Shown: positions 34,708 to 43,071, numbered from the stretch's first letter. The stretch: 43,090 bases of DNA from a virus (IMGVR_UViG_3300020045_000650:1-43090); one strand, 5' to 3'. Numbers and translations: made by a program. The notes: generated from the letters alone by a model not told the origin.

Positions 34708-36644
34708 AACAAAGATTTGATCTTTGGAGAATAATACCCAAGATCGTAAAGCATTTCTTCAGCGGTCTTGATATAAAACCCAAAGTCTAAATCAGCAGGA
34801 ACGTTTAGGGCCAAGTCCATCATGGGTTTGGCCCTATCGCTATTAGGAACTTTGTTTCCAGTAGAAATATAATTGATCGTTCCTTTTTCTTCTGTGCTGT
34901 AGTAGAAGCGAACAACCTTTCCCAAATACTTTCCGTCTTTATGCGCTCCACCGCGAACATTGCGAACGGTCAAGAACTTACGAACATCCTTGCATTCGGT
35001 GACAGTTTCGATAATGGGCTTGCCCACAGTAAGCAAGGCCACGGCAGCTTCATTGCAAATCTGCCTTTCAGGATTCTTGCTTAATACCGAATCGTTGGCT
35101 GATCCTTTTTCGCTGTAAGTTCCTTTGGTCTTTATGCTACCGTCTTCTTTGATTGCAATGTAATTGTTTACGTCACGGCTGTAAACGGCTTTGTAACGGG
35201 TTTCTTCGGTTACGAAACTGGTGTTGTGCTCCCACCATCGAACAATAGCTTCATATTCCTCAAAGCGATCCTGTGGGCATTTGATGATAATGCCATCGGT
35301 ATTTGCCGAAACAACGGGAATGCCCACAGATTCCAGAGCCTCTATTAGCATAAGCAATGCAAGCTGTCCGGTAACTGTTACTTGCAAAAGCAAATCTGGA
35401 GAATACAAGCACGAATAACGGTTTCCAAGCTTGCCAAAGCTGCCATTAATAACGATCTTCAAACTATTGGCGACAACTTTGTTTCCGTTATGTTTGGCCT
35501 CTAGTCGCTTGTCCACAAGTCCTTGATACACTTCTATGAAGAAATCTCCCATGTGGGCAGGAGCTAGATTGTTGTTTAGAATAATGCTAGGGTAATACGA
35601 AGCAACGTCACGATCTAGCAAAAGTGTGTTTTCGTCTGCCTTGTGGCATGTCTTTTCTTCGCTACTATGCAAACCGCCGATGCCCATTCGATAAACACCG
35701 TTGCCTATGCTTACTTTCAAATCGGCCAGCTCTTTAGGCATTTCAATGGAGCCGCTTTCCGCTACTATGAACGGCGTTTCCATTACAATCCTTAGCACTT
35801 CGTTGAGCTGTGGCGTGAGGAAGGCCATCCAGTCTGGCTTACGGTAGGGGAAGGCTGTCCCAGCCAGCACAGCGGGGCGTTTCGGCCACCGACCGCTAAT
35901 TCTGGCTATCTCCGAGGCTAGAACATGCTCGGCAATCTGGGCATCGGACCTAGAGCGCAAATCGATCCCGAATTGCTCGGACATGTCGCATCGAAGCTTC
36001 AATTGCGGGGCAAGATCTTTGTAAAGCAAAATGGTGTTATCCAAATCGTTAATGCAGTAATGCTTAACAAAGTTCATTTGTTCATCTGTAAGCTCGTCGT
36101 TAGGATTGAATGGCAAATCCTGCATCTTGTTACAGTGCATTCGGCCTGCGTAGGTCTTAAGACTTGCCTTCAACGGTGCCACTTCGATCAAATCAATATG
36201 ATTGATGGTCTTAGGAATGACGAGCTTGTATTCTTCCTCAAGCTGTTTCATTCTAAGATCGTTGTTAACAATACGGTTTGAGATTCGCTTTAACTCTTCA
36301 AACGATGTTTCACGAAGCGCCATAAACAACATAGGCATGTCATAGCTCATGCTGTTAAAGCCGACTAGCAAGTAACGCCATACAACCCAATCTAACTTTT
36401 CAAGATCTAGCTTCTTGGTTGCCGAAAGTTCAAAGGTGATTACTTTGCCAATGTCAATGTGTTTGAATGCAATCAGGAAGTAATTTGGATAACATTCAAT
36501 ATCGAAAATCAAAGGCGTAAAGGTGTTGTTCAATATCTCTTCGTTGGTCATTTCCTCATACGGTGTTAGAGGTAGCGACATTACATAATCGCGGTCAATT
36601 TTTATATTCTTTTTCGATTCCGCAATTGGTTCATCGAAGAACAT
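34704..36644 (-). CDS. DNA polymerase family B
   Basis: Exo FDIECY, GFNSMSYD, YCIND; polymerase DVASYYPSI, KIVINGSFGK, NTDGI. Confidence 0.92.
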   Translation of the reverse strand: MFFDEPIAESKKNIKIDRDYVMSLPLTPYEEMTNEEILNNTFTPLIFDIECYPNYFLIAFKHIDIGKVITFELSATKKLDLEKLDWVVWRYLLVGFNSMSYDMPMLFMALRETSFEELKRISNRIVNNDLRMKQLEEEYKLVIPKTINHIDLIEVAPLKASLKTYAGRMHCNKMQDLPFNPNDELTDEQMNFVKHYCINDLDNTILLYKDLAPQLKLRCDMSEQFGIDLRSRSDAQIAEHVLASEIARISGRWPKRPAVLAGTAFPYRKPDWMAFLTPQLNEVLRIVMETPFIVAESGSIEMPKELADLKVSIGNGVYRMGIGGLHSSEEKTCHKADENTLLLDRDVASYYPSIILNNNLAPAHMGDFFIEVYQGLVDKRLEAKHNGNKVVANSLKIVINGSFGKLGNRYSCLYSPDLLLQVTVTGQLALLMLIEALESVGIPVVSANTDGIIIKCPQDRFEEYEAIVRWWEHNTSFVTEETRYKAVYSRDVNNYIAIKEDGSIKTKGTYSEKGSANDSVLSKNPERQICNEAAVALLTVGKPIIETVTECKDVRKFLTVRNVRGGAHKDGKYLGKVVRFYYSTEEKGTINYISTGNKVPNSDRAKPMMDLALNVPADLDFGFYIKTAEEMLYDLGYYSPKIKSLF

Positions 36645-36646
36645 TT

Positions 36647-36784
36647 TCAGTCATCCTTTCTTATGCAAGGAACAATATAGCGACCTGCTAAAACGCCAGT
36701 TGCATAAAACAGAAAGTCTCTAAACTTTAAACTTCCATCTGCGACAATTATGGCAAGCAAAAGAATGCAAATTAAATGACCCAT
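36647..36784 (-). CDS. Small membrane protein (45 aa)
   Basis: MGHLICILLLAIIVADG..., fills the gap between the clamp-like and polymerase genes. Confidence 0.5.
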   Translation of the reverse strand: MGHLICILLLAIIVADGSLKFRDFLFYATGVLAGRYIVPCIRKDD

Positions 36785-36785
36785 T

Positions 36786-37721
36786 TTACATTCCCTTTCT
36801 ATTTGAAATAATACCTCTAATACCATCACCATAGAAAGCAATGTAACCGTTTTCGCGGAATGAAACTTGCTTTGCGTGTTTGGCAACAAACAAAAGATCG
36901 TCGGCCCCGTAAATAGCTCCCTCAAGCACTCCAGGGAACGGCATGGAAGCGCCCTCCTCTTGCCCACAGGCTGTCGAAAGCCTTCCGGCCCTACCGTAGA
37001 GCAGGGAGCCCTTGGCAAACGGCTTGAGGGTAATCACGGCCCTAACAAAATCGTCGCTCATTTCAGCGGCTTCCTCTGTGGGCAAAAACTCATTGGGATT
37101 AGGCCAATCGACATAGAAAGATCGCGCCATGATCCAACTACCGTCTTCAAAGTAGAACGTATTGCTATTTTGGCTCTGTCCGAATCCAGCAACTTTCTTT
37201 TTGGTCTTGACAATCAAAGAAGCCATTTTCTTGCTAATCAAAACGAAAGGCATGGAAACTTCATTCCAAAACTCAACCATACCAAAAGCGTTGGTTGCAA
37301 AAATAGAAGTTCCGTAAATGCAAACGGTCTTCGCCGCTTCCTTTACGGAATTGGTCAAAGCCATTTCGCAAGCAATCTTCAGCATTCCGGCAATGTCATT
37401 GTCAAATTCGATTGACATTGGATCAGCAATGGCATGTTTAATTTCATCGTCGCAATTGACATACGATTGAAAATCGCCGTTGTCAACATGCAATTTGCTA
37501 AGTTCCAATTGAGTAATAGCAATCTTTCCACTTGACTTATCAATGCTGTTGTAAAGCATCTTGATATTAGCTCTGGCATTCAAGCTTTCTTCAATCGGGC
37601 AACCGATGGAAATATGATCAGTCACGGCAGTTACCATATTGTTAGCAATTTCGCAATAGGTTGCGCCGGAAATTCCAACAAACTTCAAAGCTGCTTTCAA
37701 ACTAACGGTAGTATGATTCAT
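36786..37721 (-). CDS. Sliding-clamp (DNA pol III beta)-like protein
   Basis: ~311 aa upstream of the polymerase as in PA73-like phages; IFATNA..E, FYFEDGSW, WPN motifs. Confidence 0.65.
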   Translation of the reverse strand: MNHTTVSLKAALKFVGISGATYCEIANNMVTAVTDHISIGCPIEESLNARANIKMLYNSIDKSSGKIAITQLELSKLHVDNGDFQSYVNCDDEIKHAIADPMSIEFDNDIAGMLKIACEMALTNSVKEAAKTVCIYGTSIFATNAFGMVEFWNEVSMPFVLISKKMASLIVKTKKKVAGFGQSQNSNTFYFEDGSWIMARSFYVDWPNPNEFLPTEEAAEMSDDFVRAVITLKPFAKGSLLYGRAGRLSTACGQEEGASMPFPGVLEGAIYGADDLLFVAKHAKQVSFRENGYIAFYGDGIRGIISNRKGM

Positions 37722-37926
37722 AAGGATCTTCCTCAATCTCATTGACATGAACGAAAGTCACAGTGCCGTAAACCAATTCTGTAACAGGCCTACCGCTGGG
37801 TTTGTAACCGATGATTACTTCAACCCATCCTTCTTTCGAGTTTGCCGACATAGCGTTTCTAACAACTTCGCCGTTTAGAACGGGAAAATGCTCAAGTCCA
37901 AACTTGCTGTTGACATCATATGTCAT
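37702..37926 (-). CDS. Hypothetical protein
   Basis: GAGG RBS; VLNGEVV..A..ANSKEGWVEV..VYGTVTF pattern. Confidence 0.6.
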   Translation of the reverse strand: MTYDVNSKFGLEHFPVLNGEVVRNAMSANSKEGWVEVIIGYKPSGRPVTELVYGTVTFVHVNEIEEDPYESYYR

Positions 37927-37934
37927 TGCATACC

Positions 37935-38168
37935 TCAAAAAGGGATATCAGAAACGTATTCCTCACAACCGATCACAGCGACACGGGCGGGAACAACGGC
38001 TTTCCAGTATTTACAATTACCTGTTTCCTTTTCGTAACTGTCGCAGTTTATACAAGTCTGCCAATTGTTGCAAGCGATTTGTGTGTTTTGAAACAACAAT
38101 CTCGCTCTAACCTTTTCGTAACGTTTTATTGTCATTTCAGTTAGATAGTTTTTGAAACTAGAACTCAT
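37935..38168 (-). CDS. Small Cys-rich protein
   Basis: TCINC...C.YW..VPARVAVIGCE.Y..DIPF; start could instead be 38135. Confidence 0.7.
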   Translation of the reverse strand: MSSSFKNYLTEMTIKRYEKVRARLLFQNTQIACNNWQTCINCDSYEKETGNCKYWKAVVPARVAVIGCEEYVSDIPF

Positions 38169-39765
38169 GACTGACAATCTCCGGGTATTTTTTGTTTGTG
38201 TGAACTTTGATTCTAGCAGGTTGTTTCAAGTTTGACAATTCCGCAAGTGCCATGTCCGTCGAAGCAGGCATTGGTTTACCGCTTCTTCGTTTCCACCATT
38301 CTAACGCCTTTCTTCCTGCGTAGCCAGGATGCTCAATACAAACATACTCTTCAAATCTTTTCAAGCCAGAATAATACGAAACGCGAATCATCGGAAACGA
38401 ACCGACTTTGTCATGCCTATGATAGATAACACGATCAATGTTGAACGTTTCAACAACTGGCATATCTGGGGTTCTTATTAATTCTTCCGTTCCAGCTTCG
38501 GCGAAAATCTTTGTATAGACCGGGAAGACTTGCCCACAGGTTACACAGAACCGGGCCGAGGCGTGATTGTAGGTGCCGCACTCGTCACAGATCCTAATGG
38601 GGGCATCGCCTGCCTTCTGGCCCTTTGGCCTGGGCTTTACTGGGTCATTGATCGGGCCTAGACGTTTGGTGTTCTGAGCGAAATCCAAAACAAGACAATT
38701 CTCTTTGTAGTATGGAAAAAGCGGATTTGAACCATCGTAAGGACGAGTGCCTCTGCCTAGCATTTGCACCCAAAGCGATGCGGACATTGTGGGCCTAAGC
38801 ACAGCAATCAAATCAATGGGCGGGTGATCGAAGCCAGTTGTAAGAACGCCGTTTGAAACAATATATTTATACTTGCCTGCTTTGAAGCCTTCGATCGCAG
38901 CGTCTCTATCTTTAACACCCATCTTGCTATGAACGAAGGTTGCAGTTTCGCCAAAGCTAGTAATCGCTTGAACGACATGTTCGCAATGGTCAATTCCAGT
39001 AGTAAAGATTAAGCCGCAATGACGATCATATCCGAGCTCTAGCATTTCCGAAATTGCAGCATGTGTAATTTCATCGACATCTACTGCGGCTTGCAAATCG
39101 TGTTGTTGAAACTCACCATTTTGAACTTTTACATTTTCGGTATTTATAGCCGTGTTTGTTCGCTTAGGAATAAGTGGTGCTAGATAACCATCACGAAGCA
39201 AACGGTTAAATCCTGCAATGTCTGTGATGTCGTAAGCAACATCAGTAAACAAGCTTCCAGGCTCGATAAGCTGGCCCTGGCCCATACGGTAGCCTGTCGC
39301 GGTGAAACCAATCACCCTGACAAACGGGTTGATCTTACGCAACTCTGCAAAGAACGTTTGATACATGCTATTTGCTTTGTTGGAGATGGTATGGGCCTCA
39401 TCGACTAGGATCAAGTCACGATGGCCGAACAAGCTAGGATTGGCGATCATACTTGCGATGCCACCACAAACGATAGGGCTGTAATGATTCTTTTCACCCA
39501 ATCCAGCGGAATAGATGCCCACAGGAGCGTTGGGCCACATTTCAATAATCTTTTTAGCGTTCTGACTTATTAATTCCTTGACATGAGTTATCATCAAGAA
39601 ACGCTGGTCAGGCCATTGAAACATTACTCTTTGCATAAAAGCGGAAATGACTAAGCTCTTACCGCTACCTGTGGGCAACAATGCAAGAGGATTGCCCTTT
39701 CCGCCATTCGCAAAGTAAGCAAATAGCGCATTGATTGACTCCTCTTGATAATCTCGCAGTTTCAT
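38158..39765 (-). CDS. Superfamily 2 DEAH helicase (RadD/YejH-like, with Zn finger)
   Basis: LRDYQ, PTGSGKS, DEAH, TAT, LTTGFD, QMLGRGTR, CDEC..CVTC. Confidence 0.93.
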   Translation of the reverse strand: MKLRDYQEESINALFAYFANGGKGNPLALLPTGSGKSLVISAFMQRVMFQWPDQRFLMITHVKELISQNAKKIIEMWPNAPVGIYSAGLGEKNHYSPIVCGGIASMIANPSLFGHRDLILVDEAHTISNKANSMYQTFFAELRKINPFVRVIGFTATGYRMGQGQLIEPGSLFTDVAYDITDIAGFNRLLRDGYLAPLIPKRTNTAINTENVKVQNGEFQQHDLQAAVDVDEITHAAISEMLELGYDRHCGLIFTTGIDHCEHVVQAITSFGETATFVHSKMGVKDRDAAIEGFKAGKYKYIVSNGVLTTGFDHPPIDLIAVLRPTMSASLWVQMLGRGTRPYDGSNPLFPYYKENCLVLDFAQNTKRLGPINDPVKPRPKGQKAGDAPIRICDECGTYNHASARFCVTCGQVFPVYTKIFAEAGTEELIRTPDMPVVETFNIDRVIYHRHDKVGSFPMIRVSYYSGLKRFEEYVCIEHPGYAGRKALEWWKRRSGKPMPASTDMALAELSNLKQPARIKVHTNKKYPEIVSHEF

Positions 39766-40592
39766 TAGTAAATCGATTCCCAAGAACCGCAACCGGAAGG
39801 AATGTATTCAGCCGGAACAATGCCGAACCTGTGGCAATGCCATTGCTTGTTTTCAATAGGCTTGCAGTTAGTGCATGAACGGCAATTCCTGGCAAGTTCT
39901 TTGCCGCTATGACAAACAGCAACAAACTGACACATTTTGCATTTCCAGAAATCCTTACTTTCGCTTTCCCTGGGAGGTGGAATTTCGCTAAAGATCACGC
40001 TTTCGGCTTTGCGAATCATATCCTCACCGTGCTTCCAATCAAGCTCCACAGGTTCGATATACAAATCGTCATTGCACTTGTTCTTACAAATGTAAAGCGC
40101 ATGAGTCAATCCAAGCTTAAAGCCATAGGTGCAAACCTGTGACCAATGCTTATCTTTTGCAAAAACACCATTGTCAAAAAGCGTTTTAAATTCAGCACCG
40201 CATTTTGACGTTTTGCATTCAAGCAGACAATTGCCGAGCCCTGGAACTTCAACAATACCATCAATCGATCCTCCAAAATGCCCACAGACATCAGAGATGA
40301 TATATTGCCTGCCTGTAGCCGGATCAATGTTCTCAACCTTATATCCAGCCCCTTGCAGCCATCCGATAATACGGGCCTCTTCCATGTGTCCAGTGTTAAA
40401 CAGACGATACATTCTGCCAGTGTGCTTTACATGATCGACCCAACGAAAGGTAAACCAAAGCTTTCTACGGCAGGTATCGCCAATCAAAGAAGCACCCAAA
40501 TGAGTGCGAAAGCCATCATCGTAGGCTTCTTGTGCATAAGATTCGATACCGTTGCGGATAATATCGGCGATCTTCTTGCAATCTTCTTTCAT
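39765..40592 (-). CDS. Cas4-like / PD-(D/E)XK exonuclease
   Basis: HLGAS.IG..C.R, GSIDG..LLECKT, Q..Y, CKMCQF..VC. Confidence 0.85.
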   Translation of the reverse strand: MKEDCKKIADIIRNGIESYAQEAYDDGFRTHLGASLIGDTCRRKLWFTFRWVDHVKHTGRMYRLFNTGHMEEARIIGWLQGAGYKVENIDPATGRQYIISDVCGHFGGSIDGIVEVPGLGNCLLECKTSKCGAEFKTLFDNGVFAKDKHWSQVCTYGFKLGLTHALYICKNKCNDDLYIEPVELDWKHGEDMIRKAESVIFSEIPPPRESESKDFWKCKMCQFVAVCHSGKELARNCRSCTNCKPIENKQWHCHRFGIVPAEYIPSGCGSWESIY

Positions 40593-40810
40593 TCCCAATT
40601 CCTATCACGCAATTTTGAAAGTGAACGAGAAAGATCCATTGAGGATCGCTTGAGAGCAGAACTTTCAGGCTTCATAAAAGTTCCACAATAGGATTCGATT
40701 TTGCCTTTAGGTTGCGTTTTGCGAAGATCGGCGCAACGTTTCAAAAATCGCTTTGCTTCCTCTTCACAAGCTTTTAGCGTTTCTTCAGTAATCATGCTTT
40801 CATTCCTCAT
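40589..40810 (-). CDS. Hypothetical protein
   Basis: 73 aa, EAKRFL...ALKRSSMDLSRSLSKLR conserved phage pattern. Confidence 0.7.
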   Translation of the reverse strand: MRNESMITEETLKACEEEAKRFLKRCADLRKTQPKGKIESYCGTFMKPESSALKRSSMDLSRSLSKLRDRNWE

Positions 40811-40812
40811 TT

Positions 40813-40849
40813 AAAAACCCCTGGAATCTATGACAACTCCAGGGGTTTT
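40813..40849 (-). terminator. Rho-independent terminator after SSB (possibly bidirectional)
   Basis: AAAACCCCTGGA...TCCAGGGGTTTT. Confidence 0.75.
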
Positions 40850-40867
40850 GTTTAGATCGTTGCTATA

Positions 40868-41515
40868 TTACCGCGTTGCCCAAGGGGGAACGGGAGCGCC
40901 GGAAGGTGCCGCTTCCTGAGTCTGTGCAGGGGCGGCCTGCTGTCCCCAAGGAGCGGCGGCAGGGGCTGCCTGCTGTGCCTGTGGCTGAGTGAAGGCCGGA
41001 GCCTGGGGAGCGGGGGCCGCAGCGGGAGTTCCGGCAAAGGCAGGGACAGGAGCAGAAGCCGCCTGAGCAGGCTTGGCCTGTCCTGGACGATTGCCGCTGT
41101 AATCCAGCACGCCCTTAACTTCGGTGTAGTCGGGAGCATCTTCCTTAGCCTTCTTCTGAAGGCCAACAACGGCACGGAAGGGAATGTTGTGAAGCTGGGC
41201 AGAATCGGAAATCATCATCTGTCCGGTAACGTGGCAGATGGCGGAAAGCTGCCGGGAAGCAATGTCAACCGTCTGAGCGTTTTCGTTGAAGAGATTCAGA
41301 CGATAAGCACCGGTCTGGCCCTTGTGTTCTCCCTCAATGATGCTAAGGGTCAACTCAAGATAGCCATTGGTGCCATTGCCGCTCTTACTGGCCTTGAACT
41401 CAGAAGCGGAAACGATCACAGGCCAGCCATCGGACCCGGAGATGGGAAGCTGAGAAACGGCAGGGCCAGCAGGTTCCACCGTATGAGCGTTGAAAGGACT
41501 AGGCAAAAGAGCCAT
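40868..41515 (-). CDS. DUF669 single-stranded DNA-binding protein
   Basis: GYLELTLSIIEGEHKG..RLNL.N..TVDIA.RQLSAICH; Pro/Ala/Gln tail ending PPW. Confidence 0.85.
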   Translation of the reverse strand: MALLPSPFNAHTVEPAGPAVSQLPISGSDGWPVIVSASEFKASKSGNGTNGYLELTLSIIEGEHKGQTGAYRLNLFNENAQTVDIASRQLSAICHVTGQMMISDSAQLHNIPFRAVVGLQKKAKEDAPDYTEVKGVLDYSGNRPGQAKPAQAASAPVPAFAGTPAAAPAPQAPAFTQPQAQQAAPAAAPWGQQAAPAQTQEAAPSGAPVPPWATR

Positions 41516-41561
41516 TTGAAACCTCTTTTAGAAATTAGAGCAACTTGCTCTATTGGTTGAT

Positions 41562-41666
41562 TTAAAAACCGTAACCGCCACCGTCACCGCTACCGTCACC
41601 GTAACCGTAACCGCTACCGCTACCGTCACCGCTACCGCTACCGTCATGTATCATTGCGGTATTCAT
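41562..41666 (-). CDS. 34-aa Gly-repeat peptide
   Basis: Manual translation MNTAMIHDGSGSGDGSGSGYGYGDGSGDGGGYGF; hexamer-type repeat 41569-41645; GGAG RBS. Confidence 0.6.
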   Translation of the reverse strand: MNTAMIHDGSGSGDGSGSGYGYGDGSGDGGGYGF

Positions 41667-41667
41667 G

Positions 41668-41991
41668 TTACTTCTCCGTGCTGCTCAGGTCCACGCCCTC
41701 AGCGATAGGAATAATCTCGATAACCTGGGTCAAAATAATCTCAGGCACGTTGACGCTGATGCGCGAATTGCTACGAATAATGCCGTTCGTCGCCACGGCA
41801 GAAAGTGTGAAAGCGCCCTGCCAAGACCAGAGGCGGCGAGCATTGGCGAGAACCACTTCAGTTCCTTCTCGCTTGACGATGGTGCCGATGTGGACGCCTG
41901 CGGAGTAGGTCCGCACGATGACTTCAGGACCGGTCTTGACAGTAGAAGCAGGCACGTAGTCAACGCCATTGATAGTGATAACTTCGCTCAT
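41668..41991 (-). CDS. DUF6948-like protein
   Basis: VIVRTYSAGVHIG..VVLANARRLWSWQGAFTLSAVATNG. Confidence 0.75.
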   Translation of the reverse strand: MSEVITINGVDYVPASTVKTGPEVIVRTYSAGVHIGTIVKREGTEVVLANARRLWSWQGAFTLSAVATNGIIRSNSRISVNVPEIILTQVIEIIPIAEGVDLSSTEK

Positions 41992-42070
41992 TTGAAACCT
42001 CTTTTAGAAAGCTGGATTCTGTGGGCATCCAGCGAAAGCCCATGTGTTGAAATGTTGCCTGATGCAATAA

Positions 42071-42241
42071 CTAATTGTTAAACGGACCTAGCATGATGTT
42101 TATGGATCGAAACAAATTATCTATGAATGATAAAGCAGGGCACGAAACTTTGCTCAAGCATTGCCGCAATTCCCTTGCTTCCTCTTCAGTTTCGATCGTG
42201 ATAATAATCGGTTCAAAGGTTTTATTCTGCTCAATTTTCAA
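42071..42241 (-). CDS. Hypothetical protein (56 aa, TTG start)
   Basis: Manual translation MKIEQNKTFEPIIITIETEEEAREL...; AGGAG RBS. Confidence 0.55.
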   Translation of the reverse strand: MKIEQNKTFEPIIITIETEEEARELRQCLSKVSCPALSFIDNLFRSINIMLGPFNN

Positions 42242-42242
42242 C

Positions 42243-42923
42243 TCAACTCCTGATCTTATTGAAAATATGGTTTAGGTCGGCAGGTTCCCAAGGATCGAGG
42301 TTGCCGGAACGGTCCTTCGCTTGGTATTGATTGTCCTTCTTACATCGCAATGCCCGTGTTTCAACATTTGTAGCAGGATCGACAAAAACAGTCAACTGAA
42401 AAACTTCATCGAACAAATACGGTAGCTGTGGCGCGGTAGCTTGTCCAGGCATGGAAGGGCCGAAGAACATAGCTCCGGTCGTGCCATCCCTTACAACCGC
42501 TTGCTTGGCCGAAAAGTAGACATTCTTTTCGGGAATGTCACGGAATGATTTAATCAAAGCGATAATGGTTTCTTGCATGTCAAAGAATGCTTTGCGTCCA
42601 TCTCTGGTCTTGCTCTTAGCGTCAACCAATAGAACTTCGGCTATTTCAGAGATGCTGTCAAGAGAAATTGTTTGAAAGTTTTTAGCTTCGTTGCTCTTGA
42701 TAGCCCACATGTAAGCTTCTTCAAGATCCTTGTAAGTGTCGATGTTGATGTAAGGGAGCTTGTGCTTGCGAAGAGACAGCAAGCCAGATTCAGCGGAAAG
42801 AATGATATTGTTTGGAGCGGTTGAACAAAGAACCGTCTTTCCGACTCCAGCATCGCCATAGACCAGAGCTTTGATGCCCTGCTTAGATGAAACGTCACTA
42901 GTGCTTTGAATCTTGATAGCCAT
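42243..42923 (-). CDS. AAA_24 / Sak4-like ATPase (recombination)
   Basis: LVYGDAGVGKT, SAESGLLSL, LDSISE, PYLFDEV, AKDRSG.LD..EPADL. Confidence 0.88.
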   Translation of the reverse strand: MAIKIQSTSDVSSKQGIKALVYGDAGVGKTVLCSTAPNNIILSAESGLLSLRKHKLPYINIDTYKDLEEAYMWAIKSNEAKNFQTISLDSISEIAEVLLVDAKSKTRDGRKAFFDMQETIIALIKSFRDIPEKNVYFSAKQAVVRDGTTGAMFFGPSMPGQATAPQLPYLFDEVFQLTVFVDPATNVETRALRCKKDNQYQAKDRSGNLDPWEPADLNHIFNKIRS

Positions 42924-43071
42924 TCGTTCCCTTTCGGATCTGACTAGTAATGTTGACTGCAAGGGCGCAAGTGGAGCTAGTGAAAGGCCGCTGTCGCCTG
43001 AAACTTTCGAGCAGAACTTCGAGGCACTGAGCCTCTGGGATACTAAGCTTGATGGTCACTTCGTTTGCCAT
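42898..43071 (-). CDS. Hypothetical protein (57 aa), first gene of the leftward operon
   Basis: Manual translation MANEVTIKLSIPEAQCLEVLL...; AGGAGG RBS; its 5' part is duplicated in 1-102. Confidence 0.6.
   Translation of the reverse strand: MANEVTIKLSIPEAQCLEVLLESFRRQRPFTSSTCALAVNITSQIRKGTNGYQDSKH

Larger units (their letters stand above)
41513..42010 (-). repeat. 22-bp perfect direct repeats (RBS + ATG) flanking a two-gene cassette
   Basis: CATTTGAAACCTCTTTTAGAAA at 41513-41534 and 41989-42010. Confidence 0.9.
785..42027. repeat. Dispersed 9-mer CTGTGGGCA/TGCCCACAG, at least 36 exact copies
   Basis: CTGTGGGCA at 904, 2275, 5414, 6824, 7500, 8767, 10536, 12065, 13591, 15013, 17819, 21355, 22532, 24407, 26343, 28779, 32658, 33478, 35271, 37076, 39669, 42019. 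TGCCCACAG at 785, 1266, 2659, 4222, 14896, 22825, 29739, 32413, 35021, 35321, 36961, 38531, 39516, 40279. Confidence 0.95.

Noticed and set aside
39765-40592. Cas4-like gene as evidence of a CRISPR-Cas system
   Set aside because: No array or other cas genes; solo Cas4-like nucleases are routine in phage replication modules
41569-41645. Hexamer repeat as a non-coding VNTR or DGR element
   Set aside because: Explained by the Gly-X peptide ORF on the minus strand; no reverse transcriptase or template/variable repeat pair seen
785-42027. CTGTGGGCA as a CRISPR repeat, Chi/KOPS site or known DNA uptake sequence
   Set aside because: It is dispersed, not arrayed with spacers, is not strand-polarised, and does not match E. 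coli Chi (GCTGGTGG), Haemophilus USS (AAGTGCGGT) or Neisseria DUS (GCCGTCTGAA)
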